Shown here piece by piece: positions 19,327 through 28,893 of a DNA stretch of 64,000 nt. How positions within the stretch are numbered: position 1 is the stretch's first letter; every line of letters starts with the position of its first letter. The notes under the pieces are model-generated. The model worked only from the letters and a program-made list of their open reading frames with translations, did not search any database and was not told the DNA's origin. A program made the position numbers and the translations under genes. The stretch covers positions 40,253 to 104,252 of the forward strand of contig JAZRXJ010000085.1 in assembly GCA_045600165.1 (NCBI GenBank). Reading direction: 5' to 3'. The stretch is from Clostridia bacterium. Its GTDB lineage: Bacteria; Bacillota; Clostridia; Christensenellales; Aristaeellaceae.

Positions 19327-19424
19327 CAAGCTGCCGGATGGTTGCGATTGCACGGGTATTGCAGAGCGCGGTAACGGAAGCGGAAACCGGCCTGAAATAT
19401 CGAAGAGCTGCTTCTGAAGGCAGG

Positions 19425-19462
19425 AAAAAAGCGGTGTGATATGAAAATCACGCCGCTTTTTG
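19425..19462. terminator. Bidirectional terminator downstream of the fucosidase gene
   Basis: 10-bp stem GCGGTGTGAT / ATCACGCCGC (one G-T pair), loop ATGAAA, flanked by AAAAA and TTTTT. Confidence 0.8.
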
Positions 19463-19511
19463 TTGTATACACGGGAAAATGGTATGGCTGCCCTGATTTG
19501 CCCCTGAAGAT

Positions 19512-20936
19512 TTACTGCTCAGAGGCGGTATAGATACCAATAAAGCGAATCACAGGCTTGACACGTACATCATCAAAAGTGATCCGAAGTCCGGATGCCT
19601 TTACCGCGGGCAAAGAAATGATCCTTTTGTGCCCGATCACTGTGCCACCGGCGACGGACTCCCATTTGTTATTCAGATATGCGTCCACGGTATAGTTCCC
19701 GACCCGCTGGCTGAATTCGATCTGTTCCTTCATGACAATGCGGTCGATCTGTTTTGCTTCCGGCCAGGCAAAGGTAATCATTGTATTGTTCCCTTCAGAT
19801 ACCGGTTCATACCACGATTCATCATCCGTCAGGATATTTGCTGCCGCATGGCCTTCGACATGCGCGGAAGAAGTGACGGTACATTGGTCTGCGGTGATGT
19901 TCCTGCTGTAGAACTTCCGAAGATAATGGCCGATTTCCTTCAAGCGGCAGACATCATTTTCATGGAACAATCCGTCGGGTGTCGGAGGAATGTTCAGCAG
20001 CATGGTTGCGTTCCCGCCGACAGACTTCTCATAGATATCGGTCAGTTCATCAAGCGGCCGGACCTTTTCATTTTCGCATTCATGCCAGAACCAGCCGGGG
20101 CGGATGGATGTATTCACTTCGGCCGGATACCAGATCAGATCTGTTTCGTTACTGAGGATCTCACGACTGCCGAGATCCATGTCCTGTGCCCGGATGGGAC
20201 GCTGACGGAAGGCTGTTTCGTCAGCCTGCTGACTTGCGGAGGCGACCTTCTCGGTATCCGCTGTACGGCGCGGGACAACGCTCCATTCGGCTTTTCGTGT
20301 ATGACCGGCTTCGTTGCCGCACCAGCGTATATCAGGTCCGCAGACATGAATGCAGGCATCGGGCTGAAGCTCGCGGATCGTTGCGTAATACCGGTCCCAG
20401 TCATAATATTGCTTTTTCCCATTCGGTCCTTCACCGCAGGCTCCGTCAAACCAGACACTGCAGACATCGCCGTAGTTGGTCAGAAGCTCGGTCAATTGAT
20501 TGATGAAGTAATCATCATAGGGCTTACCCGTACCATACAGCGGCTGATTACGGTCCCAGGGAGACAGATAGACTCCGAACCTGATCCCGCCTTCACGGCA
20601 GGCTTCGGCAACTTCACGGACAATATCTCCTTTTCCGTTTTTGTACGGACTGGAAGCAACGGAGTGATCCGTATAAGCGGAAGGCCACAAACAAAATCCG
20701 TCGTGGTGCTTGCAGGTGAGGATCAGTCCTTTCATGCCTGCTGATTTGACGGCATCCACCCATTGTCGGGCATTCATTTTCACCGGGTTAAAGATAGCAG
20801 GATCTTCTGTTCCGTCTCCCCATTCTTTATCGGTGAAGGTATTCACTGTAAAGTGAACAAAGGCGTAGAATTCCATATCCTGGAGTTTTTTCTGGCGCGG
20901 GGAGGGAATGATCTGAATCAGCTCACGGTCTGTCAT
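19512..20936 (-). CDS. Alpha-L-fucosidase (GH29) with C-terminal discoidin-like domain
   Basis: 'FVHFTVNTF', 'KHHDGFCLWPS', 'YLSPWDRN' and 'WFDGA' are GH29 blocks. No signal peptide. SD AAGGAG. Confidence 0.9.
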   Translation of the reverse strand: MTDRELIQIIPSPRQKKLQDMEFYAFVHFTVNTFTDKEWGDGTEDPAIFNPVKMNARQWVDAVKSAGMKGLILTCKHHDGFCLWPSAYTDHSVASSPYKNGKGDIVREVAEACREGGIRFGVYLSPWDRNQPLYGTGKPYDDYFINQLTELLTNYGDVCSVWFDGACGEGPNGKKQYYDWDRYYATIRELQPDACIHVCGPDIRWCGNEAGHTRKAEWSVVPRRTADTEKVASASQQADETAFRQRPIRAQDMDLGSREILSNETDLIWYPAEVNTSIRPGWFWHECENEKVRPLDELTDIYEKSVGGNATMLLNIPPTPDGLFHENDVCRLKEIGHYLRKFYSRNITADQCTVTSSAHVEGHAAANILTDDESWYEPVSEGNNTMITFAWPEAKQIDRIVMKEQIEFSQRVGNYTVDAYLNNKWESVAGGTVIGHKRIISLPAVKASGLRITFDDVRVKPVIRFIGIYTASEQ

Positions 20937-20981
20937 GGGGTAACGGCTCCTTTATATTTGCGATACCCGGTAGTACGGGAA

Positions 20982-22934
20982 TCATTTACGGACGAACAGT
21001 TCCGCATCATAAGGCGGTAAAGTGACAGTGCTTCCGCAGAGCTGATCACGCAATGCGGCATGACTCTGCTCAAAGGGCAGGGTAACGGTCTGCGGCTGAT
21101 CTGTCGTGTTGACATAGAAAGCTTCACCGTCCCGGATCATTCTGCTCTCCACGCCGGCGGGAACCGGCAGCGGGAGGGTCAGACCCGCTTCACCGCGGAT
21201 GCGGCCAATCAGCGCGGTGAGAAGCGCGACATCCGTTTCGGCGGCAACGTAATATGCCTTGCCGGCACCAAACTGATTGACGGAGACCGCACAACTGCCA
21301 TCATCGATGCAGGTCGCGAAGACAGTTGCGCCGCGCAGCTGGATCTCATCGTAATATTTTGCGTCGGAGGATACGGAATCATCACCGAAACTCACGGTGA
21401 CAGGTTCCTCAACACGGCGGAAACCGCCGACACGGATACCGAAGACATCGCTCAGATAACCGGGATGTGTGGAGGTAATGACGGTATCGGTGTCGTCCAC
21501 AATGGCACTGTATCCGGTCATGATCACAGTGCCGCCGTCTTTCACGAAGGCGCGGACGGCTTCGGCCATTTCTTCGGTCATGATGACGTGATTCGGCAGA
21601 ATCAGCAGTTTGTAGTGATGCTTCAGGTTCGTGAGATCCACAAAGTTATAGTCATAGTTCATGCCGGACAGCGTCTGCTGCATTTTGAACAATGCCCGGG
21701 GATAAGGCGTACGGTACTGGGACTTCGCGTACTGCTGGACGATTTCATTATCGTAGCGGATGGCAACGCCGATTTCGGGAACAGGCAGATAGGGAAAACC
21801 ATATTTTTCCAGTATCCGGAATTCTCCGGCCACCTGCTTGTATTCATCGTATTTCCGGTTTGTCTCACCGTCGTGGTCCAGAATGCCGAAATAGTACTGT
21901 TCTTCTCCGCCATACATGGTCCGCCATGTCCATCCGAGGACCATCTGTGTCCGGTGAAGAAGGGAAAGCATCATAAACATCCGGTCCATGCCATACGGGA
22001 ACGCGTAGATCCCTTCAATACCCGCCTGGAATTCAAGACACCACATGGGCTTATCCAATTCCGCCAGACGGCGGATCATACCGGTCATGATATTGTCTTT
22101 CCCGTCTGCTCCGGTAAAACCGGGATAGCAGCCGATGCCGGGATAGTCCACGAAGGATCCGCTGAATTTCTGGTAGTCAAAACCAAGGTGAGATGTCTCC
22201 GCACAATGGTTGGAGGAAGTCGGCTTGTCCGGTGCCAACTCACGCACGATGGCCTGCAGGGAAGAAATGAACCGTCCGATCCCATCGGAGAAGAAACGGC
22301 GCATATCGAGATAGGGCTCGGGAGCACCGACACGAACCTCGTTTTCCGGCATGAAGACCTCATCAAAGGAATTCAAACGACGACACCAGCGCTGCGTGTT
22401 CCAGGTCCTGTTCAGGTTTTCAATCGTTCCATATTTCTCCTTCAGCCAGGTCCGGAAACGGTTCAGAGCATAGGGAGAATAGGAAATAAAGCCGTCACCG
22501 AGTTCATTGCAAAGACCGAATCCCATGAGGGCCGGATGGTTCCGGTACCGGGTAACCAGCGTTCTTGCAAAACGGTGAGCATAGAACTGATAATCCGGAT
22601 CGTCCACATCCTCCATGTAGCGCCGGACACTGCTCTGCATATTACCGCTTTTCCCGTGGATGTTGCAGCCGGGACAGAGGCGATGGACCCATTGGGGTGC
22701 CGGATGCATGGAAATATCAAGGATGACTTTCAGACCGGCGCGATGCATCCTGTCCATGACATCGTCAAACCATTCAAAGGTGTAAATGCCGTCCTGCGGT
22801 TCATAGCTGTCCCAGCAGAGATGTCCCATGCGAACGATCTGAAATCCTGCTTCTTTCATCAGACGGATGTCAGTATCCCAACGTTCCGGGGACCAGTCAT
22901 GCGGATGATAGTTGACGCCGATATAAAGTGCCAT
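20982..22934 (-). CDS. Beta-galactosidase (GH42)
   Basis: 'GVNYHPHDWSPERWDTDIRLMKEAGFQIVRMGHLCWDSYEPQDG' and 'GLCNELG' are typical of the GH42 N-terminal TIM barrel. 650 aa. No signal peptide. Confidence 0.9.
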   Translation of the reverse strand: MALYIGVNYHPHDWSPERWDTDIRLMKEAGFQIVRMGHLCWDSYEPQDGIYTFEWFDDVMDRMHRAGLKVILDISMHPAPQWVHRLCPGCNIHGKSGNMQSSVRRYMEDVDDPDYQFYAHRFARTLVTRYRNHPALMGFGLCNELGDGFISYSPYALNRFRTWLKEKYGTIENLNRTWNTQRWCRRLNSFDEVFMPENEVRVGAPEPYLDMRRFFSDGIGRFISSLQAIVRELAPDKPTSSNHCAETSHLGFDYQKFSGSFVDYPGIGCYPGFTGADGKDNIMTGMIRRLAELDKPMWCLEFQAGIEGIYAFPYGMDRMFMMLSLLHRTQMVLGWTWRTMYGGEEQYYFGILDHDGETNRKYDEYKQVAGEFRILEKYGFPYLPVPEIGVAIRYDNEIVQQYAKSQYRTPYPRALFKMQQTLSGMNYDYNFVDLTNLKHHYKLLILPNHVIMTEEMAEAVRAFVKDGGTVIMTGYSAIVDDTDTVITSTHPGYLSDVFGIRVGGFRRVEEPVTVSFGDDSVSSDAKYYDEIQLRGATVFATCIDDGSCAVSVNQFGAGKAYYVAAETDVALLTALIGRIRGEAGLTLPLPVPAGVESRMIRDGEAFYVNTTDQPQTVTLPFEQSHAALRDQLCGSTVTLPPYDAELFVRK

Positions 22935-23123
22935 ATATTGATCCTCCTGCTATACTTTTCGCATCGTGGTAAGCTTCTTCCCGGAGAGAACCGGAAAGAA
23001 AGCGGGTATTCATGATTTCTGTCACTGTACAGTATATCTGTTCATGATGGATTTTCAATGCAGATAGTTATTGTATATACCGATGATTTCTTTGTTTTTG
23101 ATTCCCGGACAGAAAAACAAACA

Positions 23124-23137
23124 TTTGAACGTTCAAA
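23124..23137. promoter_or_regulatory. Perfect 14-bp palindrome in the divergent GH42 / GH35-like promoter region
   Basis: TTTGAACGTTCAAA is a perfect dyad centred on CG. It sits between divergently transcribed glycosidase genes. Confidence 0.35.
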
Positions 23138-23264
23138 AGCAAATGAATATGCATGGACGGACATGCCGAAAACAGATAAAATAGGAACAACGGATGCTAT
23201 GACATCAAAGAGAAAGCTGAACCGAATATCCGGGTATATGAATCAGACAGGAGGAACTTGAATC

Positions 23265-24917
23265 ATGAGCAGGCACAGTCATTTCACAACGGGCGGACAG
23301 CCTTTCTTTTCCGTAGGCTGTCAGACCCGAAACAGCTGCAGTTATTTTCCGGAGAAGATGGAGGATACATGGACCGCTGCCAGACTTCTTCATGCCAATA
23401 CGGTGGCAACGCCCATCCCGTGGGAACGCTTTGAACCTGAAGAAGAGAACTTCGATGAACAGTATGTCCGGGACTTGATCGACCAGGCCAGAGCACATGG
23501 AGTCAAATTATCCCTGCTCTGGTTCGGAACGTGGAAAAACGGAAGTATGGAATATACGCCCAACTGGGTCAAGGCCGCTCCGGACCGCTTCCCCAGAGCG
23601 GAACTCAGGGACGGCTCCAGACTTCACCAGCTTTCTGTTCATTCCAGAGCAAACCTGGAAAACGATAAGCGTGCATTTTGCCATTTGCTGAAGGTGCTGA
23701 AGGAATATGACGGGAAAGAACAGACTGTTATTGCGGTCCAGGTGGAGAACGAACCCGGGATCCTGGGCGGCACAAGGCGTGATTTCAGTCCGATGGGAGA
23801 AGAAGCCTATCATGCACAGGTGCCGGAGAAAGTGATCCAATGGTGTAAAGACCATCCGGATGATCCGGTGTCGCGGCAGTGGACCGGTGCCGAAAACGGA
23901 AACTGGCAGAAAGTATTTGGAATCTACGGAGCGGAAGCCTGTACCGCGGCCGCGATCGCGCAGTATATCGACGAAATCGCGGGAGCGGGCAAAGAAGTTT
24001 ATGATATTTTCCTGTATATGAATGTATGGCAGGACGGATATCCCCGCGGATTCGGTACAGATATCGGCGGCGTGGACTGGCCGGCGGGAGGCGCCAATAT
24101 CCGGAATCTTGGAATCTATTACGCATTGGTTTCCTCGCTGGATACGATATCGCCGGATAACTATCATGGGGATCTGACCCGTTATCTGACAACCACCAGC
24201 GCATACGCACATCCCGAGAACGGTTTCCCGCTGTATGTGCCGGAGAGCGCCAGAGGCGGGATCAACGCGTCACTGATGTTTGACGCGATCGGAAATCATG
24301 GCGCTTTGGGATATCACATTTTCGGCTCGGAGCAGCTCCTGACAGCAGACAGAAAGAACCTGATCCCCGAAGCAAATGACATCATGTATTCACTTGCCAT
24401 GCTGCGGAATGTGGCCGGGATCCTGCCGGATTATCTGGGGACAGACAGGCTGGCCGGTATCGCACAGCAGCCCGGCGAGGTTTCCTGCCTGCTGGAGAAC
24501 TTCAATGGGTGGAAGATCGTAGTCGGGTTCCCGGGCTCCGGAATCGGCGGAAATGATAATTCCCTGGATTACCGTCACGAATCCTATGAACCGTTCGGCG
24601 GAATGAAGCCCTTTGGTGAAGATCTGGGACGAGGATTGATCTTCGCGGCCGGGGAAGATGAATTCTATCTCGTCGGACACCGGATCCGTCTGTTCTTCCT
24701 CGAACGGGAGGCTGAGGACGGAAGCCTGTCGGTCTATGATCTGAACGGCTTTATCCGCCGCCTGAACGGTGAGTATCTGTATATTACCGAGGGTCATTTT
24801 GATGAGGACGGTAAGTATGTGACAGATATCATCCGCTCAGGTGACGAAGCACGCAATTCTGTATGGGCACACTGGGATTGCGGCGTGATCCATGTCAAAC
24901 TGCTGAAAATGAGATAA
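23265..24917 (+). CDS. GH35-like beta-galactosidase (DUF5597-type C-terminus)
   Basis: 'TPIPWERFEPEEENFDEQYVRDLIDQARAHGVKLSLLWFGTWKNG' and 'VQVENEPG' (acid/base NEP block) resemble the GH35-clan TIM barrel. No signal peptide. SD AGGAGGA. Confidence 0.7.
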   Translation: MSRHSHFTTGGQPFFSVGCQTRNSCSYFPEKMEDTWTAARLLHANTVATPIPWERFEPEEENFDEQYVRDLIDQARAHGVKLSLLWFGTWKNGSMEYTPNWVKAAPDRFPRAELRDGSRLHQLSVHSRANLENDKRAFCHLLKVLKEYDGKEQTVIAVQVENEPGILGGTRRDFSPMGEEAYHAQVPEKVIQWCKDHPDDPVSRQWTGAENGNWQKVFGIYGAEACTAAAIAQYIDEIAGAGKEVYDIFLYMNVWQDGYPRGFGTDIGGVDWPAGGANIRNLGIYYALVSSLDTISPDNYHGDLTRYLTTTSAYAHPENGFPLYVPESARGGINASLMFDAIGNHGALGYHIFGSEQLLTADRKNLIPEANDIMYSLAMLRNVAGILPDYLGTDRLAGIAQQPGEVSCLLENFNGWKIVVGFPGSGIGGNDNSLDYRHESYEPFGGMKPFGEDLGRGLIFAAGEDEFYLVGHRIRLFFLEREAEDGSLSVYDLNGFIRRLNGEYLYITEGHFDEDGKYVTDIIRSGDEARNSVWAHWDCGVIHVKLLKMR

Positions 24918-24935
24918 CCGGTAAGGAACTATTTG

Positions 24936-24975
24936 AAAACGGCTTTGGAAACTGATCCGGAGCCGTTCTTTTTTG
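24936..24975 (+). terminator. Rho-independent terminator after the GH35-like gene
   Basis: Stem AACGGCTTTGG / CCGGAGCCGTT (two G-T pairs), followed by CTTTTTT. Confidence 0.7.
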
Positions 24976-24994
24976 CTCTCATAACAGGATATAA

Positions 24995-25024
24995 CAAAAG
25001 CGGTTCCCCTGTTGGGGAACCGCC
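24995..25024 (-). terminator. Rho-independent terminator after the solute-binding-protein gene
   Basis: Perfect 10-bp stem GCGGTTCCCC / GGGGAACCGC, loop TGTT, T-run on the minus strand. Confidence 0.8.
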
Positions 25025-25040
25025 GGGATCAAGGTGCAGA

Positions 25041-26765
25041 TTATTTGCTGAGGTCTTCTTCCATGGCAGCACGGGCTCTGAAGAGCTGTTCAACCTGCTG
25101 CACACCAAAGGCAACCACGTCGTCATAGCCAAGACCCTTGGCCTTGTCGATCATTTCAGCCTTCAGGGCTTCGAATTCAGCTTCGTCACTGGCCAGAACC
25201 ATCTTCCAGCTGTATTCGGTGATGGTATTGCCGACCTGAGTGGATTTCTGGCTCAGCATGTCATCCATCTGCAGGGATTCTTCAGTGGAGAAGACAGCCT
25301 GATTGATGGTCTTGACGATGATGCCGTTATTCTTCATGGCTTCGATGCTGGTCAGAGCACCGCCGAAGTGTTCGCTCCAGTCACTGATGATCTCGGGCAT
25401 TTCCTTGCTCAGAACGCAGGGCCACAGATCACGGTTGACGGGATAGCCGGTGGAGGAGAGGTTGAAGTTGATGCCGGGATAGGTGTAGAAGCCCTTGTTG
25501 GAGCCGTCGTAGAAGGTTCCGCCGCCCAGTTCTTCGGGCATTTCGGTCATCTGATCATTGTAGCAGGCCCAGCCAAGTTCGGTCAGCGTGGGAACTCCGT
25601 TTTCGTCATAATCCCAGGTGCCGCCTTTGGGTCCGTTGTAGGCTTCCATCAGACCTTCGTCAGAGAACATCCAGTCGATGATCTTCAGCAGACGTTCGGG
25701 CTGCTCGCAATTAGCGCCGATGGACACTGTACGGGGATAGCCGTAGGGCTTTCCGGTGTAACCGTAGTTGCACTGGTTGGAGAAGGGCAGCAGGGTGATA
25801 GCTTTGCCGGCGGCCAGACGTTCCGCAGTGTTGAAGTTGGACTTGATGGGGTTGAACCAGTTGTACAGAACACGACCGGTCTGTTCCTTGGTGTTCGCTT
25901 CAGCATTGGTCTGGGTGATGGAGTCGGGATCCAGCAGACCGCGCTGGTTCAGGTCAAAGTAGAACTTCAGGGTCTGGAGGTACAGGCTGTCATCATCCAG
26001 CAGGGTGATGTAGCTGTCTTCGGTGGCATGCGGGAAAACGTAGTTGAAGCAATCGCCGTAGCCAAAGATGGCATAGAACTGGGAACCGGCCATCATGTTG
26101 CCGCCGTCCCAATCCTTGAACAGACTCATGGCATAAGTAGGTTCGCCGTCTTCGTTCACGGGTTCAAGGTCATGCATCTGCTGCAGGACTTCGACCAGCT
26201 TGTCCAGACTGTCGATTTCCGGATAGCCCAGCTTGGCATACAGATCCCAACGGCCGTAGGGGCCCCACCAGGAATCGGTACCGCCGTCGATCTGCAGTTC
26301 TTCATCAGTAGGAACAGCGTCCTGGCCGATGTAGTAGATCTTGTCGCCGCCGCCAAACAGTGCGCGGGCTTTGACGAGAAGCAGGGGATAATTGTTATAG
26401 ATCGTGGGGGCATTTTCTTCGATGATTCCGGACAGATCCATGATCAGACCGGCTTCGATCGCGTCAGACAGATGTTCCTGGTTGTTGTTTTCACCCAGGA
26501 AGATCAGATCGCCGAGGTTGCCGGAGATCATCTGGGTGGCGAAACGGTCGCTGCCGCCCTCAGAACTGGAGATAATGTTGAAACCAACATTGAACTTGTC
26601 CTTGAGGAGCTTCGCGAACCAACCGGTCTGCAGGCCGGAGTAGTTCGCAAGTTCGGAATAGATCTGGATTTCCCAGTAGGGTTCTTCCTCAGCCATGGAA
26701 GAAACAGGCGCGATCATGCCAATCAGCATCAGAACGGCCAACAGGAGAGACAACGTTTTTTTCAT
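25041..26765 (-). CDS. Large extracellular solute-binding protein of a carbohydrate ABC importer (LplA-like)
   Basis: 574 aa with N-terminal signal sequence 'MKKTLSLLLAVLMLIGMIAPVSSMA'. It sits immediately downstream of two sugar permease genes. Size and composition are typical of family-1 oligosaccharide SBPs. Confidence 0.85.
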   Translation of the reverse strand: MKKTLSLLLAVLMLIGMIAPVSSMAEEEPYWEIQIYSELANYSGLQTGWFAKLLKDKFNVGFNIISSSEGGSDRFATQMISGNLGDLIFLGENNNQEHLSDAIEAGLIMDLSGIIEENAPTIYNNYPLLLVKARALFGGGDKIYYIGQDAVPTDEELQIDGGTDSWWGPYGRWDLYAKLGYPEIDSLDKLVEVLQQMHDLEPVNEDGEPTYAMSLFKDWDGGNMMAGSQFYAIFGYGDCFNYVFPHATEDSYITLLDDDSLYLQTLKFYFDLNQRGLLDPDSITQTNAEANTKEQTGRVLYNWFNPIKSNFNTAERLAAGKAITLLPFSNQCNYGYTGKPYGYPRTVSIGANCEQPERLLKIIDWMFSDEGLMEAYNGPKGGTWDYDENGVPTLTELGWACYNDQMTEMPEELGGGTFYDGSNKGFYTYPGINFNLSSTGYPVNRDLWPCVLSKEMPEIISDWSEHFGGALTSIEAMKNNGIIVKTINQAVFSTEESLQMDDMLSQKSTQVGNTITEYSWKMVLASDEAEFEALKAEMIDKAKGLGYDDVVAFGVQQVEQLFRARAAMEEDLSK

Positions 26766-26813
26766 GAGATTCCTTCCTTTCTTTTTTTGTATGCAAGGCA
26801 GTGATCTGCCGCA

Positions 26814-27737
26814 TTACCCTTTTACCGCACCGATCATGATCCCGCCGACAAAATACCGTTGGAAGAACGGATAAACCAGCAGGATCGGTGCCACAACGAT
26901 CATGGTGACAGTCATACGGACTGAAGTGGGGGTCTGCACCATAGACAGATTGATATTGACATTCCCGCCTGTGTTTTTAAGAACAGTGGCAAGCGCGTTG
27001 GATTCATTGATATACCGATAAAGCACAAACTGCAGGGTATACAGATTCCGGTCCGTCATCAGGAACAGGGTATCCTGGAATGAGTTCCACTGACCGACCG
27101 CGCTGAAAACCGTCACGGTGGCGAGAATCGGCATGCACAGGGGAAGAATGATCCTTGTGAAGCGTACCCAATAGCCGGCGGAGTCGATCTGAGCACTTTC
27201 TTCCAGCGCCGGAGGAATGGACTCGATATAGGTCTTGACCAGAATGATATTAAAAGGAGAAACAATGCCCGGTATTACATACGCAAGGAAATTGTTGGTC
27301 AGATGCAGATTCATCATCAGGATGTACCACGGGATGATACCGGCGTTGAAATACATGGTAATGACAATGAAACGATAAAGCAGTTTTCTGTGCCAGAGCT
27401 TTTCCTTGGTCACCAGATAACCGACAAAGGCGGAGGCAAAGACTGTCAGCACGGTGCCGAGCACCGTACGGAGCACAGAGATCAGCGTTGCCTGAAGCAG
27501 CCCCTGCAGCTTGATGACCTGCGCATAGTTGCTGAAGTGGATCCCCACAGGATAGAAGAGGATCTGTCCGCGTGCGGTCAGCGTATTGTCGGAAATCGTA
27601 TTGATGAAGATGTAGTAAAAGGGATAGACGCACATCAATGTGAAGATGCCGAAGAACAGAACGTTGATGACATCAAAGATCCGGGAGGAAACGCTTCTTT
27701 TGAGCTTTACCGGACGGAATTCAGTTTTTTCTGTCAT
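26814..27737 (-). CDS. Carbohydrate ABC transporter permease (LplC/MalG-like)
   Basis: 6-TM profile and an EAA loop 'ESAQIDSAGYWVRFTRIILP'. Confidence 0.9.
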   Translation of the reverse strand: MTEKTEFRPVKLKRSVSSRIFDVINVLFFGIFTLMCVYPFYYIFINTISDNTLTARGQILFYPVGIHFSNYAQVIKLQGLLQATLISVLRTVLGTVLTVFASAFVGYLVTKEKLWHRKLLYRFIVITMYFNAGIIPWYILMMNLHLTNNFLAYVIPGIVSPFNIILVKTYIESIPPALEESAQIDSAGYWVRFTRIILPLCMPILATVTVFSAVGQWNSFQDTLFLMTDRNLYTLQFVLYRYINESNALATVLKNTGGNVNINLSMVQTPTSVRMTVTMIVVAPILLVYPFFQRYFVGGIMIGAVKG

Positions 27738-27755
27738 AAATATGCCTCCCTTCCC

Positions 27756-28694
27756 TTACATGATGGAGGTGCCGCGGATGAGCTTGGCCGCTCCGTTGGC
27801 AACCATTAGCAGCGTGAGACTGACCACGGACTTCAGCATGGAAACCGCTGTGCCGAAGGAGAAGTTGCCGCCGCCCAGAGAAATGTTATATACATACAGG
27901 TCCAGGACTTCAATCTGGGATTTGTTCAGAGCGTTCTGGAATACATAGTACTGATCCATTCCGTTATTGATGAGGTTCGCGATGGACATGACCAGCAGGA
28001 CCAGGAAAGTGGGTGCGATACCCGGAAGTGTGATATGCAGGATCTGCTGGAAACGGTTCGCACCGTCCACCTTCGCGGCTTCAAACAATTCCTGATCCAA
28101 ACCGGCAATCGCAGCCAGATAGAGGATACTGCTCCAACCGAGGGATTTCCAGGCACTCCAGAGCGTCATGGTTATCCAGACATTTTTATTACTGGCCAGT
28201 ACATTCACCGGCTTATCGATCCAGCCAAGCGCAAGCAAAACACGATTGATGAAGCCGTTATCGACATTGAACATCGCGAATGCGACTGCGTAGACCAACA
28301 CCCAGGAGATAAAGTTCGGCAGGGTCGTCATGACCTGAACACACTTACGGTACTTCTTGTTTCGAAGTTCATTCAGCAGAATGGCGAAGATAGGAGCAAA
28401 ACAATTGACCAGCAGACCCAGACCGCTGATGGCCAGCGTATTGACCATGACGCGGGTGATCTCCGCCACCTGATAGCTGTTGGAGAAGATGGACTCAAAC
28501 CAATACCATCCCACATACTGACATTTATCCAGACTGAAACCGGGACGGTAGGAATAAAAAGCATATCTCCAACCAATCAGCGGAAGATAGGAAAAGATGA
28601 AAATCAGGACCAGAAACGGGAACAGCATCAACAGCAGCTGATACTTTTCCGGAAGTCCTGTACGGACCTTTACATCCTTTGAATGAACCTTCAT
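27756..28694 (-). CDS. Carbohydrate ABC transporter permease (LplB/MalF-like)
   Basis: EAA loop 'EAAKVDGANRFQQILHITLPG'. The start is taken at ATG 28694 (GAGGTG 6 nt upstream) rather than 28703. Confidence 0.9.
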   Translation of the reverse strand: MKVHSKDVKVRTGLPEKYQLLLMLFPFLVLIFIFSYLPLIGWRYAFYSYRPGFSLDKCQYVGWYWFESIFSNSYQVAEITRVMVNTLAISGLGLLVNCFAPIFAILLNELRNKKYRKCVQVMTTLPNFISWVLVYAVAFAMFNVDNGFINRVLLALGWIDKPVNVLASNKNVWITMTLWSAWKSLGWSSILYLAAIAGLDQELFEAAKVDGANRFQQILHITLPGIAPTFLVLLVMSIANLINNGMDQYYVFQNALNKSQIEVLDLYVYNISLGGGNFSFGTAVSMLKSVVSLTLLMVANGAAKLIRGTSIM

Positions 28695-28893
28695 ATAACG
28701 CACCTCATTTATATCCTGACTGTATTATATGGAACCATGGGAAGCCTGTCGATTCATGAATGTTGGCAAAAAAGTGCAGGATTCTTTGTTCGTTTGTTCA
28801 AAGCCCTTTTCACAAACCACGCTCACGTTTATAATACATTAAGGAAAGAAAAGACCGGAAAATGCACAGAAAACAATGATGTGGGGTATGGGC

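Noticed and set aside
19143-19472. 109-aa minus-strand ORF from the track in the nucleoside-hydrolase leader
   Set aside because: It runs through the bidirectional terminator at 19425-19462 and through the putative promoter. Only its last 22 codons (a signal-peptide-like sORF with GGAGG) look translatable, and these are reported as part of a finding instead.
21060-23015. 651-aa ORF on the plus strand spanning the whole GH42 gene in antisense
   Set aside because: The translation is low-complexity (rich in G/R/H/D/V), has no start-site SD and no recognisable motif. The opposite strand encodes an unmistakable GH42 enzyme. Long antisense ORFs are expected from the codon bias of this genome.
23124-23137. 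The palindrome TTTGAACGTTCAAA considered as a CcpA catabolite-responsive element (cre)
   Set aside because: When aligned on the central CG, it has T/A instead of the conserved G/C at positions -5/+5 of the cre consensus. I therefore do not call it cre and keep it only as an unassigned operator candidate.
24933-26804. 623-aa plus-strand ORF antisense to the solute-binding-protein gene. Similar long antisense ORFs occur at 6430-7425, 8945-9970, 12298-13446, 32733-34334, 37821-38984, 39848-41020 and 59108-60385.
   Set aside because: The reasoning is the same. Each overlaps a gene with clear family motifs on the other strand. The antisense translations are repetitive and motif-free, and none has a plausible SD/start context.
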